DNA of 64,000 nt from Eubacteriales bacterium. GTDB taxonomy: Bacteria > Bacillota > Clostridia > Oscillospirales > CAG-272. Positions 26,263-36,428 of the stretch are shown in pieces (within the stretch, counting starts at the first letter, position 1; the number at the start of each line of letters is the position of its first letter). The DNA lies in NCBI GenBank assembly GCA_045654725.1, contig JAZONX010000030.1, positions 77,633 to 141,632 of the forward strand, read 5' to 3'. The notes under the pieces are model-generated. The model was not told where the DNA came from and did no database searches. It worked only from the letters and a program-made list of their open reading frames with translations. Both the position numbers and the translations under genes were made by a program.

Positions 26263-28533
26263 ATGGCAAATTTAGTTATAGTTGAATCACCAGCTAAGGC
26301 GAATACAATAAAGGGCTATCTCGGCTCTAACTATAAGGTGATAGCATCAAAGGGTCATATCAGAGATTTGCCCAAGAGCACACTTGGTATTGACGTTGAA
26401 AACAACTTTGAGCCTCACTATATAAATATCAGAGGTAAGGGCGACGTAATTAAGGAACTCAAGAAAGAAGCGAAGAATGCAAATAAAATATTTCTTGCAA
26501 CAGACCCTGACCGTGAGGGTGAGGCTATTTCTTGGCATATTGCGAATCAGCTAGGAATTCCGTCAGACAAAGCCTGTCGTGTTACATTTAATGAAATTAC
26601 ACAAAACGCCGTTAAAGAAGCAATAAAAAATCCTCGTAAAATCAACGAGGACCTTGTAAATTCACAGCAGGCGAGAAGAATTCTTGACCGTCTTGTGGGA
26701 TTTAAGCTTTCTGAGGTACTTTGGAAGAATGTTAAAAGTGGTCTTTCTGGCGGAAGAGTACAGTCTGTTGCTGCAAGAATTATTACCGAGCGTGAGGAAG
26801 AAATCCGCGCCTTTGTTCCTCAGGAATATTGGACGATTGAAACAACTCTTACAACTCACGACGGTGAGAATATTGAGGCGAAATTCTATGGTGACAAGAG
26901 TGGTAAAATAAAGCTTTCAAATGAAAGTGAGGCGGATGCCGTTAATAGCAAAATCAAATCCGGAGAATTTAAGGTTAAAGAAGTTAAACATACTGTAAAG
27001 TATAAGCAGCCTGCGCCTCCTTTTACAACTTCCACTCTTCAGCAGGAAGCCTCCAGACAACTTGGCTACCAGTCGCAGAGGATAATGAAGGTTGCACAGG
27101 AGCTTTACGATGGTCTTAATCTCGGCGCACAGTATGGTGGCGTACAAGGTTTGATTACCTATATGCGTACCGACTCTACACGAGTATCACTTGTAGCACA
27201 GCAGGCTTGCGCCTCCTTCATCAAGGAGAAGTACGGTGAAGAGTTCCTCCCTAAAACTCACAGAAACTTCAAAACCAATGCCGCTGCGCAGGATGCTCAT
27301 GAAGCTATTCGTCCTTCAAACGTATATATTACTCCCAAATCAATAAGAAAGATGCTCACAAGCGAGCAATACAGACTCTATAAGCTTATTTGGGAGCGTT
27401 TTATTGCGAGCCAAATGGAGTCCGCTGTTCTTGATACTGTTTCTGTTGAAATTGAAAATAGCGGTTATTTATTCAAGACCGGTGGATACGTAATTAAGTC
27501 CAAGGGTTATCTTACCATTTACGACTATGTAGCCGATGATGAACAGGATAACGATACAGATGGACTTAATCTTACAAGTTTGCCGAATATTAAGAAAAAC
27601 GAAACTCTTACCGTAACTAGGATTGAGTCAGAGCAGCATTTTACCGAGCCTCCTGCGAGATATACCGAAGCTTCGCTTATTAAGTTCCTAGAAGAAAACG
27701 GTATTGGTAGACCCTCTACTTATGCACCGATCATCTCTATCATCATTTCGCGCGAGTATGTAAAGAGAGATGGAAAAACGCTTGTAGCTACTCCTCTTGG
27801 TGAAGTAACAACAAACTTTATGAGAAAGCATTTCCCAGAGATTATTGACTATGAATTTACCGCGTCAATGGAGGATAAGCTTGACTCTATCGAAAACAAA
27901 GAAAACACCATAATAGGTGTAATTTCTGACTTTTATAATAAATTTGCTGAGGAGCTGAAAGCCGTTTCTTCAACTAACAATAAGGTTGAATTGAACGTTT
28001 CCGTCGAGGAGAGTGACGTTTTGTGCGACAAGTGTGGCTCCAAAATGATCTTCAAAAATGGAAAATTTGGCAGATTCCTTGCTTGCCCTAAATATCCAAC
28101 TTGTAAATGCACAAAAGCTATTGACAAGAATGGTAACGTTGCAGAACCCGAAGCGCCCCGTGTGACTCTTGCAGGATTTAAATGCGAGGTATGTGGTGGA
28201 GAGATGGTTGTGCGCAACGGAAGATACGGAAGCTTCTATGCTTGTCAGAATTATCCCGAGTGTACATTCACAAAGCAGAAGGTCACCGAAATAGGCGCAT
28301 CTTGTCCCATCTGTTCATCGAAGATTCTTGCAAGACACGGAAAGGGAAGAATGCTCTTCTATAGTTGTGAAAAATATCCTGAATGTGATTTCTCCAGTTG
28401 GGATATGCCTCTCGCAGAGAATTGTCCCGATTGCGGCGCAATGCTTTATTACCGTAAGAGCCGTAAAAGTGTAATCTGTAAGGAAAAGAAATGCAGTTAT
28501 AAGCGCGACGAGGAAATGACGGTAATCGAATAA
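26263..28533 (+). CDS. topA: DNA topoisomerase I
   Basis: Toprim N-terminus (VIVESPAKA), active-site region YMRTDS, C-terminal array of Cys4 zinc ribbons. Confidence 0.95.
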   Translation: MANLVIVESPAKANTIKGYLGSNYKVIASKGHIRDLPKSTLGIDVENNFEPHYINIRGKGDVIKELKKEAKNANKIFLATDPDREGEAISWHIANQLGIPSDKACRVTFNEITQNAVKEAIKNPRKINEDLVNSQQARRILDRLVGFKLSEVLWKNVKSGLSGGRVQSVAARIITEREEEIRAFVPQEYWTIETTLTTHDGENIEAKFYGDKSGKIKLSNESEADAVNSKIKSGEFKVKEVKHTVKYKQPAPPFTTSTLQQEASRQLGYQSQRIMKVAQELYDGLNLGAQYGGVQGLITYMRTDSTRVSLVAQQACASFIKEKYGEEFLPKTHRNFKTNAAAQDAHEAIRPSNVYITPKSIRKMLTSEQYRLYKLIWERFIASQMESAVLDTVSVEIENSGYLFKTGGYVIKSKGYLTIYDYVADDEQDNDTDGLNLTSLPNIKKNETLTVTRIESEQHFTEPPARYTEASLIKFLEENGIGRPSTYAPIISIIISREYVKRDGKTLVATPLGEVTTNFMRKHFPEIIDYEFTASMEDKLDSIENKENTIIGVISDFYNKFAEELKAVSSTNNKVELNVSVEESDVLCDKCGSKMIFKNGKFGRFLACPKYPTCKCTKAIDKNGNVAEPEAPRVTLAGFKCEVCGGEMVVRNGRYGSFYACQNYPECTFTKQKVTEIGASCPICSSKILARHGKGRMLFYSCEKYPECDFSSWDMPLAENCPDCGAMLYYRKSRKSVICKEKKCSYKRDEEMTVIE

Positions 28534-29870
28534 TGGACAGCATTAAGAAAATTAAGGTTATCGGCGCAGGACTGGCGGGATGCGAGGCTGCTTATGCTGC
28601 GGCAAGACTCGGTGTTTCGGTTGAGCTTTACGAGATGAAACCCCATAAGCATTCTCCTGCCCACCACAGTGATGGCTTTGCCGAGCTTGTTTGCTCAAAT
28701 TCCCTGCGTTCTAATGACGTAAATAACGCTGTTGGTCTATTAAAAGCGGAGCTTTCCTCGCTTGGATCGCTTATTATGGAAGCGGCTTACGCAACTGAGG
28801 TGCCAGCAGGATCAGCGCTTGCGGTTAATCGCGAACTCTTCAGCGAATACGTTACGAATAGAATAAAAAATCATCCACTGATTACGGTTATCGAGGAGGA
28901 GATTACCGAGATACCCGAAGATTGCATCTGTGTAATCGCAAGTGGTCCTTTGACATCAGAGCCTTTGGCAGAAAGTATTTCTAAATATACAGGAGGAGGA
29001 GAGCTTCATTTCTTCGATGCAGCGGCTCCTATAGTTGATTTTTCTACTGTAAACACCGATGTTGCCTTCTTTGCTTCAAGATGGGGCAAGGGTAATCCCC
29101 AGGATTACCTCAATTGTCCTATGACAAAAGAGCAATATGATGTATTTTACAATGAGCTTATCAACGCAAAGGCCGCACCGCTGAAGGCCTTTGATAAGGA
29201 GCTTCAGGAGGATTTGACGGTATTCGAGGGATGTATGCCTGTCGAGGTAATGGCAACACGCGGGTATGATACCTTGAGGTTTGGTCCGATGAAACCGGTT
29301 GGCCTTCCTGATCCAAGAACCGGAGAGGATGCTTTTGCAACCGTTCAGCTAAGACGAGAAAATAAGGAAGGAACAATGTACAATATTGTCGGTTTCCAGA
29401 CACACCTTACGTTTGGTGAGCAAAAGCGTGTATTTGGCTTAATCCCTGGACTCGAAAACGCAGATTTCTTCAGATACGGAGTGATGCACAGAAACACCTA
29501 TCTGAATTCTCCGGGATTTTTAAATCCGAACTATTCGGTGAATAAAGAAAACAGATTATTCTTTGCCGGTCAGATGACGGGCGTTGAAGGATATGTTGAG
29601 TCGGCTTCCTCGGGATTTGTAGCCGGCGTTAATGCAGCAATGATGGCGCTTAGCAAGGAAGAAATAATATTCCCCAAGGAAACCGAAATTGGCGCGTTGG
29701 CACATTATGTAAGCGAAGGAGGAATATCTTCATCCTTCCAGCCCATGAATGCCAACTTTGGAATTATTGCTCCCTTTGATAAAAAGATCAAGGGCGGTAA
29801 GAAAGCGAGAAATGAAGCTTATGCCCAAAGATCGCTTGAAATCATAAAGAATTTTAAGATTTTTAATTAA
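28533..29870 (+). CDS. trmFO: Methylenetetrahydrofolate--tRNA-(uracil-5-)-methyltransferase TrmFO
   Basis: FAD motif GAGLAGCEAA, conserved CSNSL, TrmFO/Gid length. Confidence 0.95.
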   Translation: MDSIKKIKVIGAGLAGCEAAYAAARLGVSVELYEMKPHKHSPAHHSDGFAELVCSNSLRSNDVNNAVGLLKAELSSLGSLIMEAAYATEVPAGSALAVNRELFSEYVTNRIKNHPLITVIEEEITEIPEDCICVIASGPLTSEPLAESISKYTGGGELHFFDAAAPIVDFSTVNTDVAFFASRWGKGNPQDYLNCPMTKEQYDVFYNELINAKAAPLKAFDKELQEDLTVFEGCMPVEVMATRGYDTLRFGPMKPVGLPDPRTGEDAFATVQLRRENKEGTMYNIVGFQTHLTFGEQKRVFGLIPGLENADFFRYGVMHRNTYLNSPGFLNPNYSVNKENRLFFAGQMTGVEGYVESASSGFVAGVNAAMMALSKEEIIFPKETEIGALAHYVSEGGISSSFQPMNANFGIIAPFDKKIKGGKKARNEAYAQRSLEIIKNFKIFN

Positions 29871-29887
29871 GTTTAGGAGTGTTAGTT

Positions 29888-30601
29888 ATGGCAATCGGAA
29901 GGGATGTTTTAGAGCTTCAGGAAAAGATCTCTTATAGCTTTTTTGACGTTTCATTTCTTGATGCAGCGCTAACACACTCCTCGTATACAAACGAGATGCG
30001 TACAAAGGGAATTAAAGCAACGTCTTACGAGCGCCTTGAATTTCTCGGGGACTCGGTCCTTCAGCTTGTTATTTCCGAGCATTTGTACGACAGCTTTTTA
30101 AAGTATCGTGAGGGGGCTCTTACAAAGATGCGTCAGCAGCTTGTTTGTGAGAAAACTCTTGCAAGAATCGCTAGATCCATTGATTTGGGAAGCTACCTCA
30201 ATCTTGGAAATGGCGAGGAACATTCAGATTGTAGAAGCAGACCAAAAATTCTTGCCGATGCTATGGAGGCACTTATTGCGGCTGTTTACCTTGATTCAAG
30301 TGCAAGGGGAAGCAAAGAATATAAAGCCGTAGTGTTGGGCCTTTTCGAGAGCGAAATTATCAAAGCCTCGCAGCAGAAGACAGATTTTAAAACAATGCTT
30401 CAGCAGCTTATTGAGCAGGATGGCTCTGCGGTTTTGGAATACAAAGTTCTGCTTGAGGAAGGTCCCCAGCATGATAAAAGCTTTACCGTTGCTGCCTATG
30501 TTAATAATAACGAGGTAGGAGTTGGCAAGGGAAAAACAAAGAAAAAAGCTGAAATGCAGGCGGCAAAAATGGCTCTTGACCTTTTTGGTGTAACTCTATG
30601 A
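29888..30601 (+). CDS. rnc: Ribonuclease III
   Basis: Signature ERLEFLGDSVL plus a C-terminal dsRBD (GPQHDKSF..GKGKTKKKAEMQAA). ATG is 9 nt after TAGGAG. Confidence 0.9.
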   Translation: MAIGRDVLELQEKISYSFFDVSFLDAALTHSSYTNEMRTKGIKATSYERLEFLGDSVLQLVISEHLYDSFLKYREGALTKMRQQLVCEKTLARIARSIDLGSYLNLGNGEEHSDCRSRPKILADAMEALIAAVYLDSSARGSKEYKAVVLGLFESEIIKASQQKTDFKTMLQQLIEQDGSAVLEYKVLLEEGPQHDKSFTVAAYVNNNEVGVGKGKTKKKAEMQAAKMALDLFGVTL

Positions 30602-31623
30602 GGCACGTAAATATTCCAATATTTATTCCGCATCTTGGATGTCCAAATCAATGCGTTTTCTGTAATCAAAAAAGCATATCAGGTGTGGCAAAATTCGACC
30701 TCGATGAAGTTGGATCAATCATTGAAAAGGCTTTGGATACCATTTCTCCAAACGATGAGGTTGAAATAGCTTTTTTTGGCGGATCCTTCACAGGCATCGA
30801 CAGGCAGTTAATGGTTGATTTGCTGAAGATCGCACATTCGTATATTTTATCAGGTAGAGTTTCTTCTTTGAGATGCTCAACCCGTCCCGATTATATCGAC
30901 GACAAAATACTTGATATTCTTTCGAAATACGGTGTAAAAACAATCGAGCTAGGACTTCAAAGCGTGTCGGACAAGGTTCTTGCTTTGACAAAACGAGGAC
31001 ACGCTTTTTCGGACGAAATACGCGCTTGTAGAATGATTACAGAGCGTGGCTTTAATCTGGTTGGACAAATGATGGTAGGATTACCCGGTTCGACGATTGA
31101 AAGCGAAATAGAAACAGCGGATTTCATTATTAAATCGGGTGCATCCGCTGCGAGAATTTATCCTACCGTTGTTTTTCGCGACACTCCTCTTTATAACTCT
31201 GCAGTAAGCGGTAATTATACTCCTCTGATCCTTGATGATGCGATCGAAAGATCAAGCAGAGTGTTTGAGATGTTCGTTAATGCGGGAATTGATGTCATTC
31301 GAATAGGACTTCAGTCAAGCGAAAATCTTTCGAACGATAAATATTATGCAGGTCCTAATCATCCTGCACTTGGTGAGCTCGTTATCGGCGAGTTCTATTA
31401 CAATAAAATAGTTGATTTGCTCGAAGATAGAAAAATATCCTCGAATGATAATATCACCGTCTTCATATCCCGAGGCTCGCTATCTAAAGCAATTGGGCAG
31501 GGCGGAAAAAATAAAAAAAGGCTAGCCGAGAAATATAAATTCATAAGCTTTGCCGAAACAGACAGTCTTATTGAATATGAGATTGCTTTTCAAAATAATT
31601 ATGGAGAAAACAAATGTATTTAA
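30598..31623 (+). CDS. Radical SAM protein (ELP3-like N-terminal family)
   Basis: CPNQCVFC (CxxxCxxC) at residues 14-21. Overlaps the rnc stop and the smc start, so it is operonic. Confidence 0.7.
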   Translation: MRHVNIPIFIPHLGCPNQCVFCNQKSISGVAKFDLDEVGSIIEKALDTISPNDEVEIAFFGGSFTGIDRQLMVDLLKIAHSYILSGRVSSLRCSTRPDYIDDKILDILSKYGVKTIELGLQSVSDKVLALTKRGHAFSDEIRACRMITERGFNLVGQMMVGLPGSTIESEIETADFIIKSGASAARIYPTVVFRDTPLYNSAVSGNYTPLILDDAIERSSRVFEMFVNAGIDVIRIGLQSSENLSNDKYYAGPNHPALGELVIGEFYYNKIVDLLEDRKISSNDNITVFISRGSLSKAIGQGGKNKKRLAEKYKFISFAETDSLIEYEIAFQNNYGENKCI

Positions 31624-34600
31624 AATCACTGGAGCTTCACGGCTTTAAATCATTTCCAAATAGAACAGTTCTTTCGTTTGAGAGAGGTGCTACTGTAATC
31701 GTAGGCCCCAACGGAAGCGGCAAGTCCAACATTTCGGATGCTATGCGTTGGGTATTGGGCGAGCTTTCCAGCCGTAATATACGTGGTACAAGAATGGAGG
31801 ACGTCATTTTCGGTGGTACAGACGATCGTCGTCCCATGGGATTTGCAGAGGTTTCTGTAACATTTGATAATACCGATAAGGATCACCGTCTCGATTCTGA
31901 ATTCGATGAGGTCGTAGTAACAAGACGATACTATCGTACCGGAGAGAGTGAATATCTTATCAACCGTCAGCCCAGACGTTTGCGCGATATTTATGAGCTC
32001 TTTATGAATACCGGTGTTGGCCGTGAGGGTTATTCTATTATTGGTCAGGGTAAGATTGCTGAAATTATATCAAAGAAGAGCGACGAACGACGCAATATTT
32101 TTGAGGAAGCAGCAGGTATTTCCAAATACCGTCATAGAAAAGAAGAATCCGAGCGTAAGCTTAAGCAAACACAGGACAACCTTGATCGTGTAAGGGATAT
32201 CCTTTTGGAGCTTGAAGGCCGTGTTGGACCTCTCGAAAAGGAAGCGGAAAAAGCCAAAAAAGGTCTTGCTCTTTATGAGGAAAAAAAGAGAGCAGACGTA
32301 TCTCTGTGGTTGTTTGATACTAAAAAGATTCGAGAGGATATCGCCGAGGCTGATAAAGCCGTAAGACTCTCAAAAAGAGAGCTCGAGATTGTCGATCAGG
32401 TCATTTCGGATCTTGAAATGCAAAACGAAAACCTCTATGAAAAGGCTCAGAGCAATAAAATTCTATCCGAGCAACTTCTCGAGCAGATTCGTCAGACAAC
32501 AGATAGGATCCATCAGTTGGACAACGCTCTTAGAGTAGCCGAGTCTGAATTCACTCATTCTGCTGAGCTTATTGCAGGTTGCAATTACAGAATTGCGGAG
32601 ATAGATTCGAGCAGAAAGAATATTGAAGGAAATATTCAGGAGTATCTTGATAAGAAATCCACCTTTGAGGTCGAATACAAGACTATTATGGATGCACGCC
32701 TTGAGCTCCTTGCCGAAGAGCAGAATCTGCTTGGACAGATCGAAGAAGCAAGACGTTCCCTTGATGAAGCTCTCGATGAGCTTACAGTTGAAGAACAGAA
32801 TGCTGCTAGACTTAATATTAGAATTAACGTTCTTAAGAATTCTCAGGAAAGCGGTGATACAAAGTCCGGAGATATTAAGAAAGAGATCGCAAAATACGAG
32901 GCGGAGGCTGTCGTATTAAAGGAAGAAGCCGAAAGATGTGAAAAAGCCGCTTCCGGATTTAAGGCAAAGATCGCAGAAAAAGAAGCTATAATTACCGAGA
33001 GTAATGAACTTCTTGAAAACCTTAATGTAGAACGTTCTACAATGGTTGAGGAGCTTAATGAACTTAAGCTTAATCGTGATACTATGCTTCAAAAGGCAGA
33101 TATGCTTCAGCGAATGAACGATCATTTTGAAGGATATGCAGAGAGCGTCAAGTTTGTAATGAAGGAATTCCAGAGTGGACGGATGTCCGGCGCAAGTAAA
33201 GTTCACGGACCTCTCTCCTCGCTAATCAATATTGATAGCAAGTATATAACTGCAATAGAAACCTCTCTCGGTGGTAGTCTTCAGAATATCGTTGTTGATA
33301 ACGAGGAAACAGCCAAGCTCGCTATTAACACGCTGAAAAAGGCTCAGGCGGGCAGAGCGACCTTCTATCCTATCACAGCTATCAATCCTCCTGCTGAGAC
33401 CGATGAAATCAGAAGATCTGCTTCTATGAAAGGATACGTTGGTAGAGCAGATACTCTTGTAAAATCTGAAGATACATATCGTTCGATTGTTCAGCTTTTG
33501 CTTATAAGAACCGTTGTTTTTGATAATATCGATAACGCTTCTGAGGCAGCAAAAAAGCTAAAATATAAGGTTAAAATTGTTACCCTTGATGGTCAAGTTA
33601 TTAACGCCGGCGGAGCCTTTACCGGCGGTAGCGCAAAACGTGACAGTGGTATTCTGTCTAGACTTAACACTATTACCGAGCTCAAAAAAGACGCCGCCAA
33701 GCTTGATAAAAATATAAGCGAAACAACTAAAACCATCTGGGATATTGAATCAAGAATAGCAGATGCTAGGGACAAGGGAAGAGATGCAGAGCAGGAAAAG
33801 GAACTCCTTTTAACACTTTCCCGTTCTCAATTCGCAGCTCTTGATAATGCAAATGCAAAATTTAATGCCAATAACGATATTATCGAGAAGCTTAACTCGG
33901 ATTATAATAGTATTATAGGTCAAAGATCCGAAGAGGGCAGAGAACTTGTTGGTATTGAGGCAGACTACAACGCAAATCTTGAAAGAATTGCGGCTCTTAA
34001 GAATTTCAGAGCCAAGAGAGGCGAAGAAATGGGCATTCTTGACGAGAAACGTGATGAATGTCATCAGAAGGCAGCTGAACTTAGCGTTTCTGCCGCTGAA
34101 AAGATGGGAAATATCAATAATACCGAGGAGATGATTGCCTCTCTTGAAGCCAGAATCTCTGAGCTTAATAGCGAAACAGATGTACAGGTTTCGCGTATTG
34201 CCGAGCTTAATTCGAAGCGTGACGGCATAGATTATCTAAGAAACGAAAACGCTGAAGAATGCAGGAAACTTGAAGAAGAGGAAGAAAAACTTAGGCAGAA
34301 GCGCCTTGAGGTTGAAAGCGGTAACGATGAGTTTGAACGCGAAATAAATAATATTCGCATAAGACTTAAAGAAAAGAACGCAAGTCGACAGGTTACTTAC
34401 GAATCATTCGTAAGAAACGAAAACCGACTTACTACTCTTACCGAGAAGCAGGACAAGCTCGGTTCTCAGCTTTGGGATGACTATGAAATTACCTATGAAC
34501 AAGCGGTAGGCTTTAATTATCCTGCTGTTACAGCCGAAAATCGCGATGAGATTGCTGCTGTACAATCCTCTTGCAGATCTAGACTCCGTGCTCTCGGTGG

Positions 34601-35228
34601 ATACAATCCTGGCGCGATAGAGGAGTTTGCAGAGGTTAAGGCAAGATACGATGCACTCAGCACACAGTTCAACGATCTTACGTCTTCTCATAACGAACTG
34701 CTTGATATTATTAGTAGACTTGAAGTTGAGATGAGGCAGAGCTTCATTTCAGCCTTTGAAGCTATTAATAAAAACTTTGGAATTACCTTCAAGGAACTCT
34801 TCGGTGGCGGTAATGCAGAACTTTCTCTTACAGATCCCGAGGATGTTCTAACATCAGGCATTGAGATTAAGGCGGCGCCTCCCGGAAAGATCATAAAAAA
34901 TCTATCACTTCTTTCGGGTGGTGAGCAGTCGTTTGTAGCAATTGCATTGCTCTTTGCAATTTTGAAGGTTAATCCTACTCCGTTCTGTATTCTTGACGAG
35001 ATCGAGGCTGCACTCGATGAAGTTAACGTTTACAGATTCGGTGATTATATTAAGAAATTTGACGACGGCACGCAGTTTATTCTTATTACACACCGTCGTG
35101 GAACTATGGAAATCGGCGATAGACTCTATGGTATTACTATGCCTCAGAGAGGTATTTCTCAGGCGATAGAGCTTAACGTCAATGAAATCGAAGGAAAACA
35201 AAAGGAGCTTTTAGATGGGGTTCTTTGA
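31614..35228 (+). CDS. smc: Chromosome partition protein Smc
   Basis: Walker A GPNGSGKSN, signature LSGGEQS, Walker B ILDEIEAALD, very long coiled coils with a central hinge. Confidence 0.95.
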   Translation: MYLKSLELHGFKSFPNRTVLSFERGATVIVGPNGSGKSNISDAMRWVLGELSSRNIRGTRMEDVIFGGTDDRRPMGFAEVSVTFDNTDKDHRLDSEFDEVVVTRRYYRTGESEYLINRQPRRLRDIYELFMNTGVGREGYSIIGQGKIAEIISKKSDERRNIFEEAAGISKYRHRKEESERKLKQTQDNLDRVRDILLELEGRVGPLEKEAEKAKKGLALYEEKKRADVSLWLFDTKKIREDIAEADKAVRLSKRELEIVDQVISDLEMQNENLYEKAQSNKILSEQLLEQIRQTTDRIHQLDNALRVAESEFTHSAELIAGCNYRIAEIDSSRKNIEGNIQEYLDKKSTFEVEYKTIMDARLELLAEEQNLLGQIEEARRSLDEALDELTVEEQNAARLNIRINVLKNSQESGDTKSGDIKKEIAKYEAEAVVLKEEAERCEKAASGFKAKIAEKEAIITESNELLENLNVERSTMVEELNELKLNRDTMLQKADMLQRMNDHFEGYAESVKFVMKEFQSGRMSGASKVHGPLSSLINIDSKYITAIETSLGGSLQNIVVDNEETAKLAINTLKKAQAGRATFYPITAINPPAETDEIRRSASMKGYVGRADTLVKSEDTYRSIVQLLLIRTVVFDNIDNASEAAKKLKYKVKIVTLDGQVINAGGAFTGGSAKRDSGILSRLNTITELKKDAAKLDKNISETTKTIWDIESRIADARDKGRDAEQEKELLLTLSRSQFAALDNANAKFNANNDIIEKLNSDYNSIIGQRSEEGRELVGIEADYNANLERIAALKNFRAKRGEEMGILDEKRDECHQKAAELSVSAAEKMGNINNTEEMIASLEARISELNSETDVQVSRIAELNSKRDGIDYLRNENAEECRKLEEEEEKLRQKRLEVESGNDEFEREINNIRIRLKEKNASRQVTYESFVRNENRLTTLTEKQDKLGSQLWDDYEITYEQAVGFNYPAVTAENRDEIAAVQSSCRSRLRALGGYNPGAIEEFAEVKARYDALSTQFNDLTSSHNELLDIISRLEVEMRQSFISAFEAINKNFGITFKELFGGGNAELSLTDPEDVLTSGIEIKAAPPGKIIKNLSLLSGGEQSFVAIALLFAILKVNPTPFCILDEIEAALDEVNVYRFGDYIKKFDDGTQFILITHRRGTMEIGDRLYGITMPQRGISQAIELNVNEIEGKQKELLDGVL

Positions 35229-36126
35229 CAAACTGAAACAGGGTCTTTTTAAGACCAAAAGCGCAATCGTAGGAAAGGTTGATGCGCTATTTAAAAAATT
35301 CGTAAAGGTTGATGAGGATCTCTTTGATGAGCTCGAAGAGCTTCTCATTTCTGCAGACATAGGAGTTAATACTACAGAGGAAATTCTCGACGAACTTCGC
35401 GATACTGTAAAGGAAAATCGCATCAAGGATCCCGAGGAAGTTAAGAAGGAGCTTTTCGAAATACTTAGAAGAATGATTGGAGAACACGAGCCCCTTAATC
35501 TTTCCACCAAGCCTTCGGTTATCCTTGTGATCGGCGTAAATGGCGTTGGAAAAACAACTTCCATAGGAAAAATCTCGGCAGAACTTAAAAGACAGGACAA
35601 AAAGGTAGTCGTGGCTGCTGCAGATACCTTCCGTGCGGCTGCGGCTGAGCAGCTGAATGTTTGGTGCGATCGTGCAGGCGTTGAAATTATCAAGCAAGCT
35701 GCAGGTGCAGACCCGGCCTCTGTAGTTTATGACGCTATTAGTGCTGTGAAAAGCCGTGGCGCTGACGTTCTTATCGTTGATACTGCCGGCAGACTTCATA
35801 ACAAGAAAAATCTTATGGATGAACTTGCGAAGATTGATCGAGTTATTGGTCGTGAGTTGCCAAACGCTGCAAAAGAAACCCTTCTTGTTCTGGATGCTAC
35901 AACCGGACAAAATGCCGTGTATCAAGCAAAAGAATTCAAAGAGGCTTCTAAAATCACAGGTCTTGTACTCACCAAGCTTGATGGTACTGCAAAAGGTGGT
36001 ATTATCATCTCTATAAAGAAGGAACTTGGAATTCCCGTAAAATTCATTGGCGTCGGAGAGCAGATTGATGATATGAAGCCCTTCGATTCTAAGGAATTTG
36101 CAGGTGCACTTTTTGAAGAAAATTAA
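35215..36126 (+). CDS. ftsY: SRP receptor FtsY
   Basis: GVNGVGKTTSIGK, DTAGR and TKLDGTAKGG motifs. Confidence 0.95.
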   Translation: MGFFDKLKQGLFKTKSAIVGKVDALFKKFVKVDEDLFDELEELLISADIGVNTTEEILDELRDTVKENRIKDPEEVKKELFEILRRMIGEHEPLNLSTKPSVILVIGVNGVGKTTSIGKISAELKRQDKKVVVAAADTFRAAAAEQLNVWCDRAGVEIIKQAAGADPASVVYDAISAVKSRGADVLIVDTAGRLHNKKNLMDELAKIDRVIGRELPNAAKETLLVLDATTGQNAVYQAKEFKEASKITGLVLTKLDGTAKGGIIISIKKELGIPVKFIGVGEQIDDMKPFDSKEFAGALFEEN

Positions 36127-36138
36127 AGGAATTAAGTA

Positions 36139-36426
36139 ATGATTACTAGCAAACAAAGAGCATATCTTCGATCTCTTTCTCAAAATCTTGATACCATCTT
36201 CCAGATAGGTAAGGGCGGAATTACGGAGGAGATATGCAACCAGATTTATAATGCGCTTGAAGCTAGAGAGCTTATTAAGGCGAGAGTTCTTGATAATAGC
36301 GGATATACTGCCAAGGAGGCTGCAGCAATCATCGCAGAGGTGATTGAATGCGAGGTTATATCCTGTGTAGGATCGAGATTCGTTCTTTACAAGGAATCTA
36401 CCAAGAAAAAGCGTATCGAGATTTAA
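36139..36426 (+). CDS. yhbY: Ribosome assembly RNA-binding protein YhbY (CRM domain)
   Basis: About 95 aa with IGKGGITEE and the LIKARVL pattern. Confidence 0.8.
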   Translation: MITSKQRAYLRSLSQNLDTIFQIGKGGITEEICNQIYNALEARELIKARVLDNSGYTAKEAAAIIAEVIECEVISCVGSRFVLYKESTKKKRIEI

Positions 36427-36428
36427 TA

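Noticed and set aside
35287-36183. 298-aa ORF on the minus strand (also 35211-35693)
   Set aside because: Antisense to ftsY, whose GTPase motifs are unambiguous.
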